This document shows, piece after piece, positions 1-11,555 of a stretch of 52,252 nucleotides of DNA; the first letter of the stretch is position 1, and the number at the start of each line of letters is the position of its first letter. A program made the translations under genes and the position numbers. This DNA comes from Parasitella parasitica NRRL 2501 (taxonomy: Eukaryota; Fungi; Mucoromycota), in assembly GCA_025201805.1 (NCBI GenBank), contig MU619323.1:31294-83545 (forward strand), given 5' to 3'. The notes under the pieces are model-generated. The model ran no database searches and was not told the origin of the DNA. It was given only the letters and a program-made list of their open reading frames with translations.

Positions 1-119
1 TGAGAAACGGCCGATCATTTTCTAGTTAGCGCCATTTATTTTTTGGTAAACGACAAATCATTTTTTTGTAATCGCCATTTATTTTTGTAAAACGGACAAT
101 ATTTCCCGGCCGCACTGTA
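1..119. mobile_element. Terminal end of a Tc1/mariner-like element entering from outside the window
   Basis: Ends ...CCCGGCCGCACTG|TA (117/118-119). The reverse complement TA|CAGTGCGGCCGGGAAATATT is a typical Tc1 CAGTG terminus with a TA target. Two imperfect subterminal direct repeats CGCCATTTATTTTT..GTAAA.CG.ACAA at about 30-57 and 73-99. Confidence 0.6.
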
Positions 120-133
120 TCAGACATAGTATA

Positions 134-1766
134 CACTATTTTCAGAAATTATTGAGACATTTTGAAAAAAATTTGGTACTAATTCTGATCAACTATTGGG
201 GCTATCTATCATTAAATTTGGGACATTAGCCTAATAAATATTGGGACACTTTTGGAAAAAACGTTGAGACATTTTCAGAACAAGTAAAATTCATTTACTA
301 CAAAGGCTCTTTCACTAAACAAACATCGAATTTCTTAACAGAGAAGCGAGCAGAACCTTCAAGATCACTGTACAATACATCATTGCATGCATCGGTAATC
401 CTGGTCGAAAGTGTTTCAGTTTTTAAGAGCCTCTCCCTCTTGAGCTTACTCTTGACCACATGCCAGAATTGCTCAATAGGATTAAGCTCAGGGGAATATG
501 ATGGGAGGTAAACACATCCGTAACCTCGCTGAATGATATAACTTTCAATATCCTTAGCTGTATGAATAGGTGCATTGTCCATAATAAGATAAAAATCTTT
601 GAATTGCTCATGCTGGTCCATGATGTCCATCGTTTTCGCAACAAAATTAAAGTAATGGCCAGTTACAGTACCCATAGTTGTTGTTGCTTTTCCAGAAGAC
701 GTGCCAGCCAACTTTCTTTTCTTGTTGGATGTTCCAGGCAGCCTCACTTAAACATTCAACACCTCCACACGCTAGTTGCACCAAGAATAGTGGTAGTTTT
801 CGCTCTTGTTTGAGGGACAGGCACTTCAGCTCGAGTTCCTATCTCTGGCCATTGTTCGCTTCAGGTTGATATGGAAAGCTGACTGATCAATGAAAACACA
901 GTTGGACATGTAATCTATGTCGGTTTGGCTCCATTTGACAACCCAGTCATACCGGTTTTGAATGTTCTCAGGCGAGTTTCTTTCTTTGGAATGGAAATGA
1001 GCTTTCTTGAATGTCAGAGCAAGATCATTAGTCATATAGCTGTAAATAGTCGTTTGGCTGATAGTCAAACCTGAGAATGCCTTAACAAGACTCTTTTGAG
1101 CTTGTTCGATCGTTACTGATGGATTATCTTTAAATTCTTTTTTTAGGTGTTTCGTATGGTCTTCGTTCAATAGTTTTGGTCGACCTGCTCTCTTAACTGA
1201 AGGCTCTTCATCGTCTTCAATTTCTTTGTTAACCCTTCTTTGATCCTCTGCGTACAATCTATAAGTGGTTGTCCTCGATATATGACCATGTGCTTTCCAA
1301 GCTTGATTAGGATTCATGCCATGGTCGTAGATAAGGATAAAAAATCTTGCTTTGTCTTTGTCTGTGTAGCTGTTGTATTCAGTCTTGGGTTCATTCTTAT
1401 TATTTTTAATCTTTTTCTCCTTTACTGCGGTCAAGTCTCTTTCAGGTGATTTCCTACCAACGTAAGTATTGTAGTTGGTAATGTTGCCGAGAGGGAAGGC
1501 TTCGTCGTCGACATCCATCTCGACAGCTTCGTTTCCATGCTCATCGACTGGAGCATTTATTTCATCTTCATAGTAAATTCTGATATCTGACATGTTATGA
1601 ATAACGAAGAAATCAATTATGATTTCATCTCAAATCCCATTTAGTTTTGTCTCATTATAATTTCCAAAAGTGTCCCAATATTTATTAGGCAAATGTTCCA
1701 AAACAGTTCAAGATTTGTCCCAATATTTGTTCAGAATTTGTACCAATTTTTTTCAATAATTTCTGA
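134..1766 (-). mobile_element. Tc1/IS630-superfamily DNA transposon with imperfect long TIRs
   Basis: 229-258 (GCCTAATAAATATTGGGACACTTTTGGAAA) is the exact reverse complement of 1661-1690. Looser inverted similarity extends over about 142-258 versus 1661-1766. The repeats enclose a transposase pseudogene. The left end may be TA|CACTAT at 132-139. Confidence 0.85.
298..1593 (-). pseudogene. DD34E transposase pseudogene
   Basis: ORF 826-1593 has an HTH region, GRPK and FIDQSAF. ORF 298-747 has MDNAPIH...LPSYSPELNPIE with 34 residues between D and E. The linker (GTRAEVPVPQTRAKTTTILGA) lies in another frame, giving two frameshifts plus a TAA near 750. Confidence 0.9.
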
Positions 1767-2311
1767 GACAAAACGGAAAGAGAAAAGAAAAATGCGAGAC
1801 TACGCGCAGTCAGGTTTCGCGTTCAGTGACGTCAAAATAAAGTTTTCTCCGACTGTTGTTAAATTCATTAGAATTTACTTCGTCAATTGGAATATTTATT
1901 ATCCGACAAAATGAGGTTTTTTAAAGTTGAATTATAAACGGCACTCACTTTGGCACGAACTCTGAAGGAAAGTTGTTCCCTAAATCATTACTCCATTATT
2001 GCTTAACAGTAACTTTTGAAGATTGGTTGAGCTCTTTCTTAAGTTACAAGGGTCGCATGGCGTCGGCGTCATTTTAAACATGATGATCTCACATTTCCTC
2101 GTATCTGTATCCTTTCCGACAGTTATAGTAATATTCATCTTGTAGACTTTCAACTGCCTTTCAACATCTTACAAACGGACATAGCATCCGTTACAAGGTG
2201 CGTTTGGAGTAAAGGTTTTCACACGATTCGATTACGCTTTACCCGAATAGTATGTCGTAAAAGATTACTTTCACCCCGCAATGATAAATCCGCGGTATCG
2301 TTAAACACCTC

Positions 2312-2646
2312 AATGAAAATACGGTCAAGCGTAGTAAATTCAGCGACAAAGAGGACTTATTCACTAGAATTCGTGATGCTTGCAATAGTGTACCTCGAAA
2401 AAAAATAATCAGATCAATTCAGCACTCTATTAGATGCTTCGAGAAGTGTAGGAACAAAGAGGAACTTTGATTAGCTTGAATGAAATGAATGCCATTTGAG
2501 AATTTCGTTTACGCTTATTGGGATTTTGAAATCCGCTGATTGACTTTTTTTTATTGCGCTGATTGGCTTTTTTTTTCACGCCCAAGGGATTTTGAAATCC
2601 GCCAAATGATGTTGAAACCCCGCCATTTGAACCCGTAAGCACTGTA
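2312..2646 (+). mobile_element. 3' remnant of a Tc1-like element: transposase C-terminus plus right end
   Basis: 2324-2470 translates to VKRSKFSDKEDLFTRIRDACNSVPRKKIIRSIQHSIRCFEKCRNKEEL*, which aligns by eye with the C-termini of the other two transposases. Direct repeats GGGATTTTGAAATCCGC at about 2520 and 2586. Ends GCACTG|TA at 2644/2645-2646. Confidence 0.8.
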
Positions 2647-2998
2647 AATATTCTAAACTATCCTGATAGATGACACTGTGATACTTGAAGTTAAATTTTC
2701 GATACGGCAATTTTTCACACGACAAAAATATAGATGTGTTGAAAAAAATAAAAGCCAAAAGGTAATGATAATGATAATAGGCTGACATAAAATAGCCATT
2801 AAACGAGTGGAAATATGTAGTACATAGTAGAAAGATTTGCCAAGAGAAAGGGGTTTGTTACTGCAGATAAAGTATTGTGGATTTTTTTTTTTTGCTTTAG
2901 AGCAACAAGTTTGCTAGTTATATGAATAAGTGTGATGAGGATAAAAGCCAAGAAGCCCTCTTTTAGTAGAGGATAGATAACATTTAATGGCTTTTTTG

Positions 2999-3972
2999 TT
3001 ATACGAATTCCACATAAGACTCTGGAATCAACCCAGTTTCATCTTGTACATCAGCAATTAGCCATCCCTATTTGTTTGAGAGATTAAGTGGTTATTTTCT
3101 TAGGAAATGGCTACCAAACTTACTGGGCATTGACGATATTGAACCCAAATAGACTGTCCAGCTTTCAATCCAATTTCATATTCTGTTTCTGGAGAGAAAT
3201 CAAACAGGGCTCGGGCATCTCGACCGTTGAAATCAGGCGAAGATAAAGACACACAAGATTGATTACTGAGCGATACGGTTCTTCCAAAATGTAAGGGAGA
3301 GTCTGCAGGATAGGCAAAATCACGGACAATGACATCTATTAACAATGAAAATATGTTAAAAATAGAATAATTAATGACAATATTAACTTACTCTGGATAG
3401 CTGTTGCAGCCTTCGATGATGGTATTGATACACTTGAGTTCATTGTTATCTTCTGTAGTTTCATTAATTTTAATAACGGTGATTAATTGATTGTTGTCAA
3501 TGCATCATACCTGTAGATCATCTGCTAGCGGTGACACCACCACTTGCAACACATCTCTGTCCAATTCATCGACTAGTGCAGACGTCCTCAAAGTAGTTTT
3601 GATCTGACTTGCTTGTAATGACTTTATCGAAGGAGCATGTACTATCAAAGAAGCCTTTTTATTCATTGGGTTGAAGTCTTGATGGTAATTGGTGAAAACT
3701 TCTTCAACCTCGTCCTCGCCTTCTGTTTCGCTGCTGGAACAAGAACTGACAGATATGTCGTTTTTTTTTGTTTTTTGAATTTTTGATGTGGCATTGGCTG
3801 CTGTTGTGCTGGTTTTTCCCCTTCGCTGTTGAAAACTCTTTTTCCCCATTGAACCTTTTCGGGTAATCTAGCAAGAATTTGGTTTTTTAGGAGAACTTTT
3901 TTGTAGCATTGTATATGTATAAAATACCTTTTTCAATAAGAGTGCAAATGCAATTACGTTATTTAAGCTCAT
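2999..3972 (-). CDS. NBP2: SH3-domain adaptor, Nbp2-like (HOG-pathway Ptc1 adaptor family)
   Basis: Spliced model of 5 exons (first exon 3928-3972 tentative). Contains VRDFAYPADSPLHFG, resembling the Nbp2 N-terminal DYAY..NPLHYG motif, then an SH3 domain ARALFDFSPETEYEIGLKAGQSIWVQYRQCP|GWLIADVQDETGLIPESYVEFV*. Confidence 0.7.
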
Positions 3973-4462
3973 TTTATGTTTCTATTTTCTTTGGTGTGAT
4001 ATTGAAGGAAAGGAATGGGTAATTTTTTTTTTTTTTTTGGAAGGTAAAGTGAAAGTGATCTATTTATCCTACTTTTATTATTATTTGTTTAGGAGAGGTG
4101 TGAGGGAGAAAAAAGGCGGGCGTCGTTCAGTTGTCTGTTGCAGAATAAATATGATAAAGCGAAGGTTGATCTATTTTCTTTTTTTTTTTAAAAAAAGAGG
4201 TCTATTCAAATCAATTACAAAAGAGCTACTTTATAAAAGAGAGTATATAGTAGTTGGAAACAATCACCCAAAAAGACAAAAAATAATAAGTATAGCTTTG
4301 AAGAAAAAGGAAAAATGAGCAAAGATTGAATGAAGCCTATATTTATATCCCATAAAAAAGGAGATTGTGTAAAGCTAGGGGAGCGCCAAAATGGAAAGTC
4401 CATAAAAATTAATACATTTTGTGTCCCCAATGGTTTATTACAAAATGTACCATAATAGTCTT

Positions 4463-5711
4463 CTAAAGATGAGCTTTTACATAATACCACTTGTCGTCTT
4501 TTTCTTCAATAAGCACCCTTCTTTTGTATTTGTTCAGAAACTATCAGACACATTTGAAACGGTTAAAAAAAACACATATTCGCTTTGTGACAATAAAGGA
4601 TTTTTGTATACCTTTTCAGTCTTGCCCTGCTTGTGCGACTCTTTGCCAGTATTGTATGGTGAATGTTCAATGGTTACATTTGACCTAAATCAAAGTTTGT
4701 GATTATTTTGCAAAACCACCTAAAAACGGCTGTTACTTACACGCAGATATCATGGGTGCTTGCTTTACAAGGTGTTTTTCCATTGATAAGACGCTTCCAT
4801 GCTTCATGTGTTTCTTCCACAACTGCTTCTGCATAAGCTTTGTCTTTGCACTCTCCATCGAATGCGAATCTATTAGCTGGTTTGCCATCAGGTATTTTAT
4901 AGATTTGGAACCAGTGATGCGTGGCCTTGATTAATTCAGGGAAATACTTTTCGACATCTTTAATATCTATGTCATACACGTATCAGCATCTCACGTAATT
5001 GACCACTATCTAATGCACATACCATTTAGCTTCTCAGACATGGGATCTTTGATATCAATCGCTATTAATTTCCAATCTGTTTCACCCTCGTCTAATAATG
5101 CCATAACACCAAGAATCTTGACTTGTTTGATCTGCCCTCTATAAGCAATCTCCTCTCCAATCTCACAAACATCAATGGGATCGTTATCACCTTTCGCATT
5201 GGTGTCAGGGGTAATCACAGTGGGGTCTTCCCAAGTCTGTAGTCTGAATTCAGCATTTACATTCACCATGCATTCTAACATTTTTCTTGCGTACCTGTGG
5301 TAAAGCTCCATAATTCCAAATGTATCCTTTATAAGGGAAACAGTTGCGAACAAACCTAACTTTACCTTTTTTGACATCTTGTTTAATAGGGTTGTATTTT
5401 TCGCCAGTGGCAATCTGAGAAATTCAATGTTAAAGCAAGGATTTATGTACATTCTACCATCACCTGAGGTTACCTCGAATTTAGCATTAGACCAGCGAGG
5501 AATCTCTACAACCATGTTGACAATCTTCTTTTCAGCGTCTGCGTAGAGTGGGATATCATGAAAAGGAGAAATCATTTGGCCATCCTTTTCTTTGTTTTTT
5601 TGGAGCATTACTATCACGCATTCAGCAATTGTATATATACTTACCAACATAGATACGATGAGCGGCTGTATACTGTTTACCTACAGTAGATAATGTGTAG
5701 TCTATAGTCAT
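4463..5711 (-). CDS. IPP1: Soluble inorganic pyrophosphatase (family I), multi-exon
   Basis: [47 protein letters not shown] and YKIPDGKP motifs. ATG at 5709-5711. Last exon ends [10 protein letters not shown] (TAG 4463-4465). Confidence 0.95.
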
Positions 5712-6120
5712 TTTTTTTTTCAACACAATACAAAATAAACAAGGAAATGAAAACAAAAAAAAATGGTTGTGAGATTTGTATTTAATAAGCAAAAATAAAA
5801 ATAATTAGTTCATTATTCTCCTTGTACCCTTTATTAAAAGAAAGCCCGAAATACACTTTCTATTGAACATGTTGGTGAATCGTCATGTGAAATCACGCAT
5901 ATACCGAAGATTGCGCAATTAAAAGATTCAAAGAAAAAGCACATCTTGCAAGATTAGGTAAGCGGTCTGGGATCGCTCAAAACTCGCTGAAAAGTATACC
6001 GGAGTTCACTTGACAGAGGGGGGGGGGGGGAAGGGGAGGGACCATCATGCTGGCCCGGCCAGTGAATATCAGTATGAACCTGACGCCAAACTTGGCTATC
6101 CTCCTTTTCCAGCGCCCAAT

Positions 6121-7387
6121 ATGAAGGTAACAATAATACTAGACAAGCTGCATTGTGAATAAATAGGATACATGCAAAATCAACCGTCGGATGCGTAGAA
6201 AAATCAGGTTGGATTAATGACATTGGATAGATGGATGGATGAATGGATTGTATGAGTGCGGGATACCATCTAAATTTACAAGTGCAACATCCATTTGCCG
6301 TCAATCGATGAAAGTCTTACCCTTGTCTTTTTTATGGCACTTCAACAGACCAAAGCAGCATTCTTCCAATACAGTGTTACATCTCAACGACGAGCTCTAC
6401 TGGCAGCGTGCCTTATACCACAGCACCCGAGCACTTTTTGACAAGTTGATTTAGTCCAGAAAGGATATCCTATTTATTCACAAAAAGTGTTGCTTTATCC
6501 ACTATATAAACATCAGTTTCTAAACGAAATGTCCATTTCTGTAGTTGAATATCGCCAATCCAGCCACCGGCTGTCAAAAGTTGATTGAAATCGAAGATGA
6601 ACGTCGTGTGTAAGTTGGAAAAAACCAAACTAATGGGGTCTAGACAGTTTAATTGAATCATGCCATCTAGACGTGGTTTCTACGATAAGCGTATGGCTCA
6701 AGAGGTCTCTGGCGACTCCCTCGGTGACGAGTTTAAAGGATACGTTTTTCGCATCTCTGGTGGTAACGATAAGCAAGGTTTCCCAATGAAGCAAGGTGTT
6801 CTCTTGCCCCACCGTGTCCGTCTTTTGATGTCCAAGGGCCACTCTTGCTACCGTCCCCGCCGTACTGGTGAGCGCAAGAGAAAGTCTGTCCGTGGTTGTA
6901 TCGTCGGCTCTGATCTCTCTGTCTTGTCTCTTGTTGTTGTCAAGCAAGGCGAGCAAGAAATCCCTGGATTGACTGATACTACTGTTCCCAAGCGTCTTGG
7001 CCCCAAGCGTGCCTCCAAGATCAGAAAATTCTTTGTAAGTTTTGTAAAAAGTTAAGGGGTAAACCGACGATTCTAATTTGCATGGGAACGAAATAGAACT
7101 TGACCAAAGAAGACGATGTTCGCAAGTATGTCATTCGCCGTGAAGTCCAGCCCAAGGCTGAAGGTAAGAAGGCCTACACCAAAGCACCCAAGATCCAACG
7201 TCTTGTTACACCCCTTACTCTCCAACGCAAGAGACACAGACAAGCTCTTAAGCGCAGAAGAGCTGAAGCCTCTCGTGAAGCCGAGTCCGAGTACAAGCAG
7301 TTGCTCGCTAAGCGTGTCAAAGAGTCCAAGCAATTGAAGCTTGAGCGTCGTCGCACTTCTTCCATGCAGAAGTCTGCTTCTGCTTGA
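6121..7387 (+). CDS. RPS6: 40S ribosomal protein S6 (eS6)
   Basis: Exons 6121-6126 (ATGAAG), 6545-6609, 6671-7034 and 7097-7387. [17 protein letters not shown]...[15 protein letters not shown]...[11 protein letters not shown]...RRTSS C-terminal phospho-motif. Confidence 0.97.
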
Positions 7388-7590
7388 GGCTGATAAATAT
7401 ATAGTTCAATTGACTTGCCATAATAAAAACTTCAGGGTAATAAAAAAAGTTCTTTGTTGAGCATTTTAAGGAGATTTTTAGAGAGAGAGTGAGAGAGTAT
7501 GTATAGATTGCACTCTAGCGCTGTTTTATTCCTTCTCTCTTTTCTCTCCTTTTTCTCTCTTTTTTCTCTCTCTTTTTTCTTGTTTAATTC

Positions 7591-8607
7591 ATGGTAACCG
7601 CAACCGCAAACGAAACTGGCTCCAATGGTCAAGATGATTTGATTTATTCGGTTCAACAGCAGCAGCAGCAGCAGTACGACGATATCGATCCAGATTATGA
7701 AAACACTCCAGATGCCATCCCGCAAATCCTTGATTTAGACTTGCGTGGCACTCGCGTCGAATTAGACAGAGAAACTCTTGTTAGTCTGCCAGAGAGTCTG
7801 TTGATCGCCATGTTCCCTAATGGCCTGGTATTAGGGAGAAGAGACCCGTCCACTTATGAAAGCAGCGAGGAAGACGAGTACGACAAAGACTCTGAGGACC
7901 ACGAGCACCAAGAGCAAAATCGAGGAGAACAAGCAGACGATATTCTTACGACATTTGTAGACTTTGATGCCACTTGTTTGAAATATGTGCTGGAATTTTA
8001 CCACCAGGCACAAGAAGCAAGAGACCAGCAGCAAGAAGTCGAATCAATTTTTGCCTCAACTCCGGCAGCACAATACTATCCATCTTTGCTGGACAAACAG
8101 CCCATCATCGTCTTGCGAGAGGAACTCGAGTATTTCTGTGTCGTATCGTCAGACAAGAAAGCAAACCATGAAAAGGTTAAATTAGCTGCAGGAGAATACT
8201 TGAAGCAACATGACCAAGTTTTCGCAGCATTACAAAAGAACATTGCTAGGGAAAACAACGTAGCTGAACAGCATTTGATTGATATGTTGTGCGACGCTGG
8301 ATTTTCCAGACAAGATAGCTGGGGACATCGTCAATTGGAACCAAACAAGACTTGCATTGTTAGCATGAGTCTAGTGCTATTGAAGACCACAGGCCCTGAT
8401 AATCATATGGCAACTGCCCAAAAACTGTTGTTATTTTGGAGAAAACCAGCGGTAAGAAAAAAAAATGCTTACCAAGCTTTGCACACTCATACTTTTTTTT
8501 TATCGCAGAGAAAATGTTGGTGGGATGGAAATTCCGTTGAAATAAATGAGCAGCCCGTTCGATTATGGGCAAGACGAACCTGGACGCTGGAATTGGCCTT
8601 GATTTAA
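7591..8607 (+). CDS. WHI2: Whi2-like BTB/POZ growth/stress regulator
   Basis: BTB-like LDLRGTRVELDRETLVSLPESLL; IIVLREELEYF; C-terminal LLLFWRKPA|RKCWWDG...VRLWARRTWTLEL. One in-frame 57-nt intron at 8452-8508. Confidence 0.9.
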   Translation: MVTATANETGSNGQDDLIYSVQQQQQQQYDDIDPDYENTPDAIPQILDLDLRGTRVELDRETLVSLPESLLIAMFPNGLVLGRRDPSTYESSEEDEYDKDSEDHEHQEQNRGEQADDILTTFVDFDATCLKYVLEFYHQAQEARDQQQEVESIFASTPAAQYYPSLLDKQPIIVLREELEYFCVVSSDKKANHEKVKLAAGEYLKQHDQVFAALQKNIARENNVAEQHLIDMLCDAGFSRQDSWGHRQLEPNKTCIVSMSLVLLKTTGPDNHMATAQKLLLFWRKPAVRKKNAYQALHTHTFFLSQRKCWWDGNSVEINEQPVRLWARRTWTLELALI

Positions 8608-8704
8608 AGAGAGGTTTTATATACACAATTCGACATTTTCTGCACATCATTATCTACAACTGCATATAACAAATCACTAATCCATTATATAAAATAATAA
8701 AACT

Positions 8705-10033
8705 TTATTTAACAAATCGCTTCAATTCTTCACAACTTCTCAATTGCATGTTTAATGCTTCTTGGTACTTTTTCTCATCACGGCCCACAAACCCAAACGC
8801 ACCACGAGCATTGTTCAGCTTGATTTGCTGCTGTTTGCGTTCGTTCAGACAATTATGCTGCAGTGATTGTCTCCAGTCGAATTCAACTTGCTGCTCTACC
8901 TTGGATAGTTTATAGTGGTTTGCGAGGTAGGGTTTGAATGCGTTTGGCTCGACATAGTAGGGAACGTGGTGGCTAGATGTCATACGAGGTTGGGAGTAAA
9001 CTGAAGTCGATTGAAATGAGAAAATGGGAGTTTCATCAGTGAGTAAGCCCGAGAACATGGTGTATCCGAATAATAATATAAGTGGCAAGATCTGCAAGAA
9101 GATTGACCATCCTGATCTCTGTTGTGGTTGGTATTGTTGTCGTGCTTGGCCGGTATTAAAAGTTCGTGCACGGAAGCCTGGCCCGACAAATGTTGCGCTA
9201 CTGAATCCCGCTGGCCCACCAAAACTGAATGAACCGCCTCCTTGTCTGTGTAAATTAGCCATGTTAACTCCACCTCCACCTCCACCAAAGAACATGTTGA
9301 AAAGGTCCTCAGGAGAAATCTCCTCTCCAAATGGCGATGCTCCAAATCCTTGTGAGTGGAAATTTGCAAATCCAGGGTGTCCTCCGCCTCCTCCGCGCTG
9401 CTCAGGATCTCCACCTCCAGCATCGTGAATAGCTCTCTTCTGCGGATCTGATAACACTGTGAATGCTTTCGAAATCACTGTAGAAACCCAATAAAAGTCA
9501 GTGATACTGTTACTATGAAATATGGCATACCCAATTACATTTGAATGCTTCATCAGCGCCAGGGCTATTGTTTTTATCAGGGTGAAATTTAAGAGCAAGC
9601 TTTCGAATTCAGTGAGTGTCTGCGTCAACACAAGAAGGCCATGTCTATAAGTTGTACATACCTTTCTGTACGATTTCTTGACATCAATTTCTGTGCACTT
9701 TCTATCCACTTTTAAAACCTTGTAGTAATCTGTACCACAGGACAAGATCTCTCGCACTTCTGTATTTTGCTGGTTTGCTGATGGCTTTTCTCTAGATTTA
9801 GGGGGTTTTTTGTTATGTGTAGATGTTTCTGCAGACGGTGTCGAGGTGGAGGAGGGCGATGGGTTCGAAGCGCCTGCCTCTTCAGCCTTTAGTAAAAACT
9901 CTTTTGCTTCTTCAGTGGGAAACAGGCCAATGGACTTTTTGGTTAAACGCACAGCGGCCTCGTAGTTCTTGGAGCCATACTGGTTCTTGGCTATTCTAAG
10001 ACAACGAGCAGCCTCTTCCTTGTTGGTGTCCAT
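8705..10033 (-). CDS. HLJ1: ER-membrane DnaJ co-chaperone (Hlj1/DNAJB12-14 family)
   Basis: N-terminus [12 protein letters not shown]; J domain with [10 protein letters not shown] after removing introns 9600-9661 and 9478-9538; G/F-rich region with [13 protein letters not shown]; TM segment [13 protein letters not shown]; luminal C-terminal domain. Confidence 0.9.
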   Translation of the reverse strand: MDTNKEEAARCLRIAKNQYGSKNYEAAVRLTKKSIGLFPTEEAKEFLLKAEEAGASNPSPSSTSTPSAETSTHNKKPPKSREKPSANQQNTEVREILSCGTDYYKVLKVDRKCTEIDVKKSYRKVCTTYRHGLLVLTQTLTEFESLLLNFTLIKTIALALMKHSNVIGYAIFHSNSITDFYWVSTVISKAFTVLSDPQKRAIHDAGGGDPEQRGGGGGHPGFANFHSQGFGASPFGEEISPEDLFNMFFGGGGGGVNMANLHRQGGGSFSFGGPAGFSSATFVGPGFRARTFNTGQARQQYQPQQRSGWSIFLQILPLILLFGYTMFSGLLTDETPIFSFQSTSVYSQPRMTSSHHVPYYVEPNAFKPYLANHYKLSKVEQQVEFDWRQSLQHNCLNERKQQQIKLNNARGAFGFVGRDEKKYQEALNMQLRSCEELKRFVK

Positions 10034-10446
10034 TTTGGATTGTACGAGTAAACAATAAAAGAAAGAAAGGGAAAAAGTAACACACAAAATTATTACTGAG
10101 CAAGATGGTGGCAGCGGACTTGATGGTGCTGTAAGGAAACACTGTCGCATAATTCACATGTGTGTGCAGCGTCTGGTAATTACAGTTGACTAGTCGAGCC
10201 AGCAACAGTAGATAGCTGGTTTGGCAGCCAAAGATTTAACCCTTTTTTTTTATATGTTTAAAAACGGACAAAAGAAAGCTGGTTCTTCATTTATTTACAA
10301 GAAATCTAAGCTTAGAAGGGAAAAAGGGATAGGAGAACAAACAGCATGTAAAAAGTAGTGGAATGGAATCGATCGTATGAATAAAAACAAGAGAGAAAAT
10401 AGACTAATGATGAATGACAGCAATGGAATACTCACAAGCGTTTAGT

Positions 10447-11555
10447 TTACTTGTTTCTGACATATTTACCAACGACAACAGCGTGATCTCTTTCATAAGG
10501 TTCAAGAGTAAGTTGTTCTTGAGGCTTGATTCTTTCCTCCTGAAGCTTCTTAACTTCGCGGGCAAAGACAGTAGCAGCATCCACAGTAGAATCAATACAT
10601 GAGGCCTTGATAGAGATGACAATGTGGCCCTCGTTCTTGAGGAAGTGGTGGGCATTTAAAGCAATGATACGAGCTTGATCAGGCTGAGCAACATCAGCAA
10701 AAATAACATCAACCATGGGAACGAGCATACGGTATTTTTGAGGATGGCGAGCGTCTTCAATGATGGGAACAACATTCGTGCGTTTCTTTGCCATATTGAT
10801 CAAATCACGGCCAGGACGATGAGAAAACTCAACCGCATAGACGGCACCTTCAGGGCCAACTACATCAGCTACATGGGAAACTGAGGTACCAGAGGCAGCA
10901 CCGAGATAGAGTACCTTCTTACTAGGTGCAATATGAATGTGATCAAGACCACCCAGAACAGCAGCAGCCAACTTGGATCTGAAAGGATTCCAGACACGAT
11001 ATTCAATCTTGGTGCCTTCAGGTCCATCAATGGAAATACGCTTTTCGCCATATACGGCTTCGCCGGGAACCAAGTTTTTGGTTACCAAAAGATCTTCTTT
11101 ACCGCGGGCAACGAAGATGCCGGCATGTCTATGAGGTTCAACAACAACCTTGGCACCTCCGCGTGCACCTCCAGCACCTCCACGACCTCCACGAGGGGCT
11201 CCACGGCCACGAGGGGCTCCACGACCACCTAAAAATCCACAAGCCAGTTAGATTTGAGGTCTCCCAAGAAGTAGTGATATGATTGAAATTAATGAAGAAG
11301 ATGTTTTCTCTCATTAGTCCAATGCTACAATAACTTACCACGGCCTCCACGATCACCACCGAAACCACCGCGACCTCCACGGCCGCCACGACCTCCACGA
11401 TCACCGCCGAAACCACCACGGCCGCCACGATCACCGCCGAAGCCTCCACGGCCACCACGATCACCACCGAAGCCTCCACGGCCGCCACGAGAGCCTCCAC
11501 GGCCACCACCAAAACCACCACGGCCACCACGGCCACCACGAGATTCAAAAGCCAT
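10447..11555 (-). CDS. NOP1: Fibrillarin (box C/D rRNA 2'-O-methyltransferase)
   Basis: RGG-rich GAR domain, intron 11229-11338, then [34 protein letters not shown] and LEPYERDHA. Confidence 0.98.
11340..11540 (-). repeat. 30-nt tandem repeat encoding [10 protein letters not shown] units of the fibrillarin GAR domain
   Basis: Repeated CCACGGCC(A/G)CCACGATCACC(A/G)CCGAA units are visible directly. Confidence 0.9.

Noticed and set aside
10-30. GATCATTTTCTAG resembling U3 box A
   Set aside because: It lies within a transposon end, and no other U3 boxes are present.
747-850. Programmed frameshift in the transposase, as in IS630
   Set aside because: Two separate frame changes plus an in-frame TAA and no slippery site; ordinary decay is the simpler explanation.
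10432-10449. Readthrough of the NOP1 stop giving a -KRL end
   Set aside because: TAA-A is a poor readthrough context, KRL is not a canonical PTS1, and fibrillarin is nucleolar.
11229-11338. Intronic box C/D snoRNA in NOP1
   Set aside because: No RTGATGA/CTGA pair on the sense strand.
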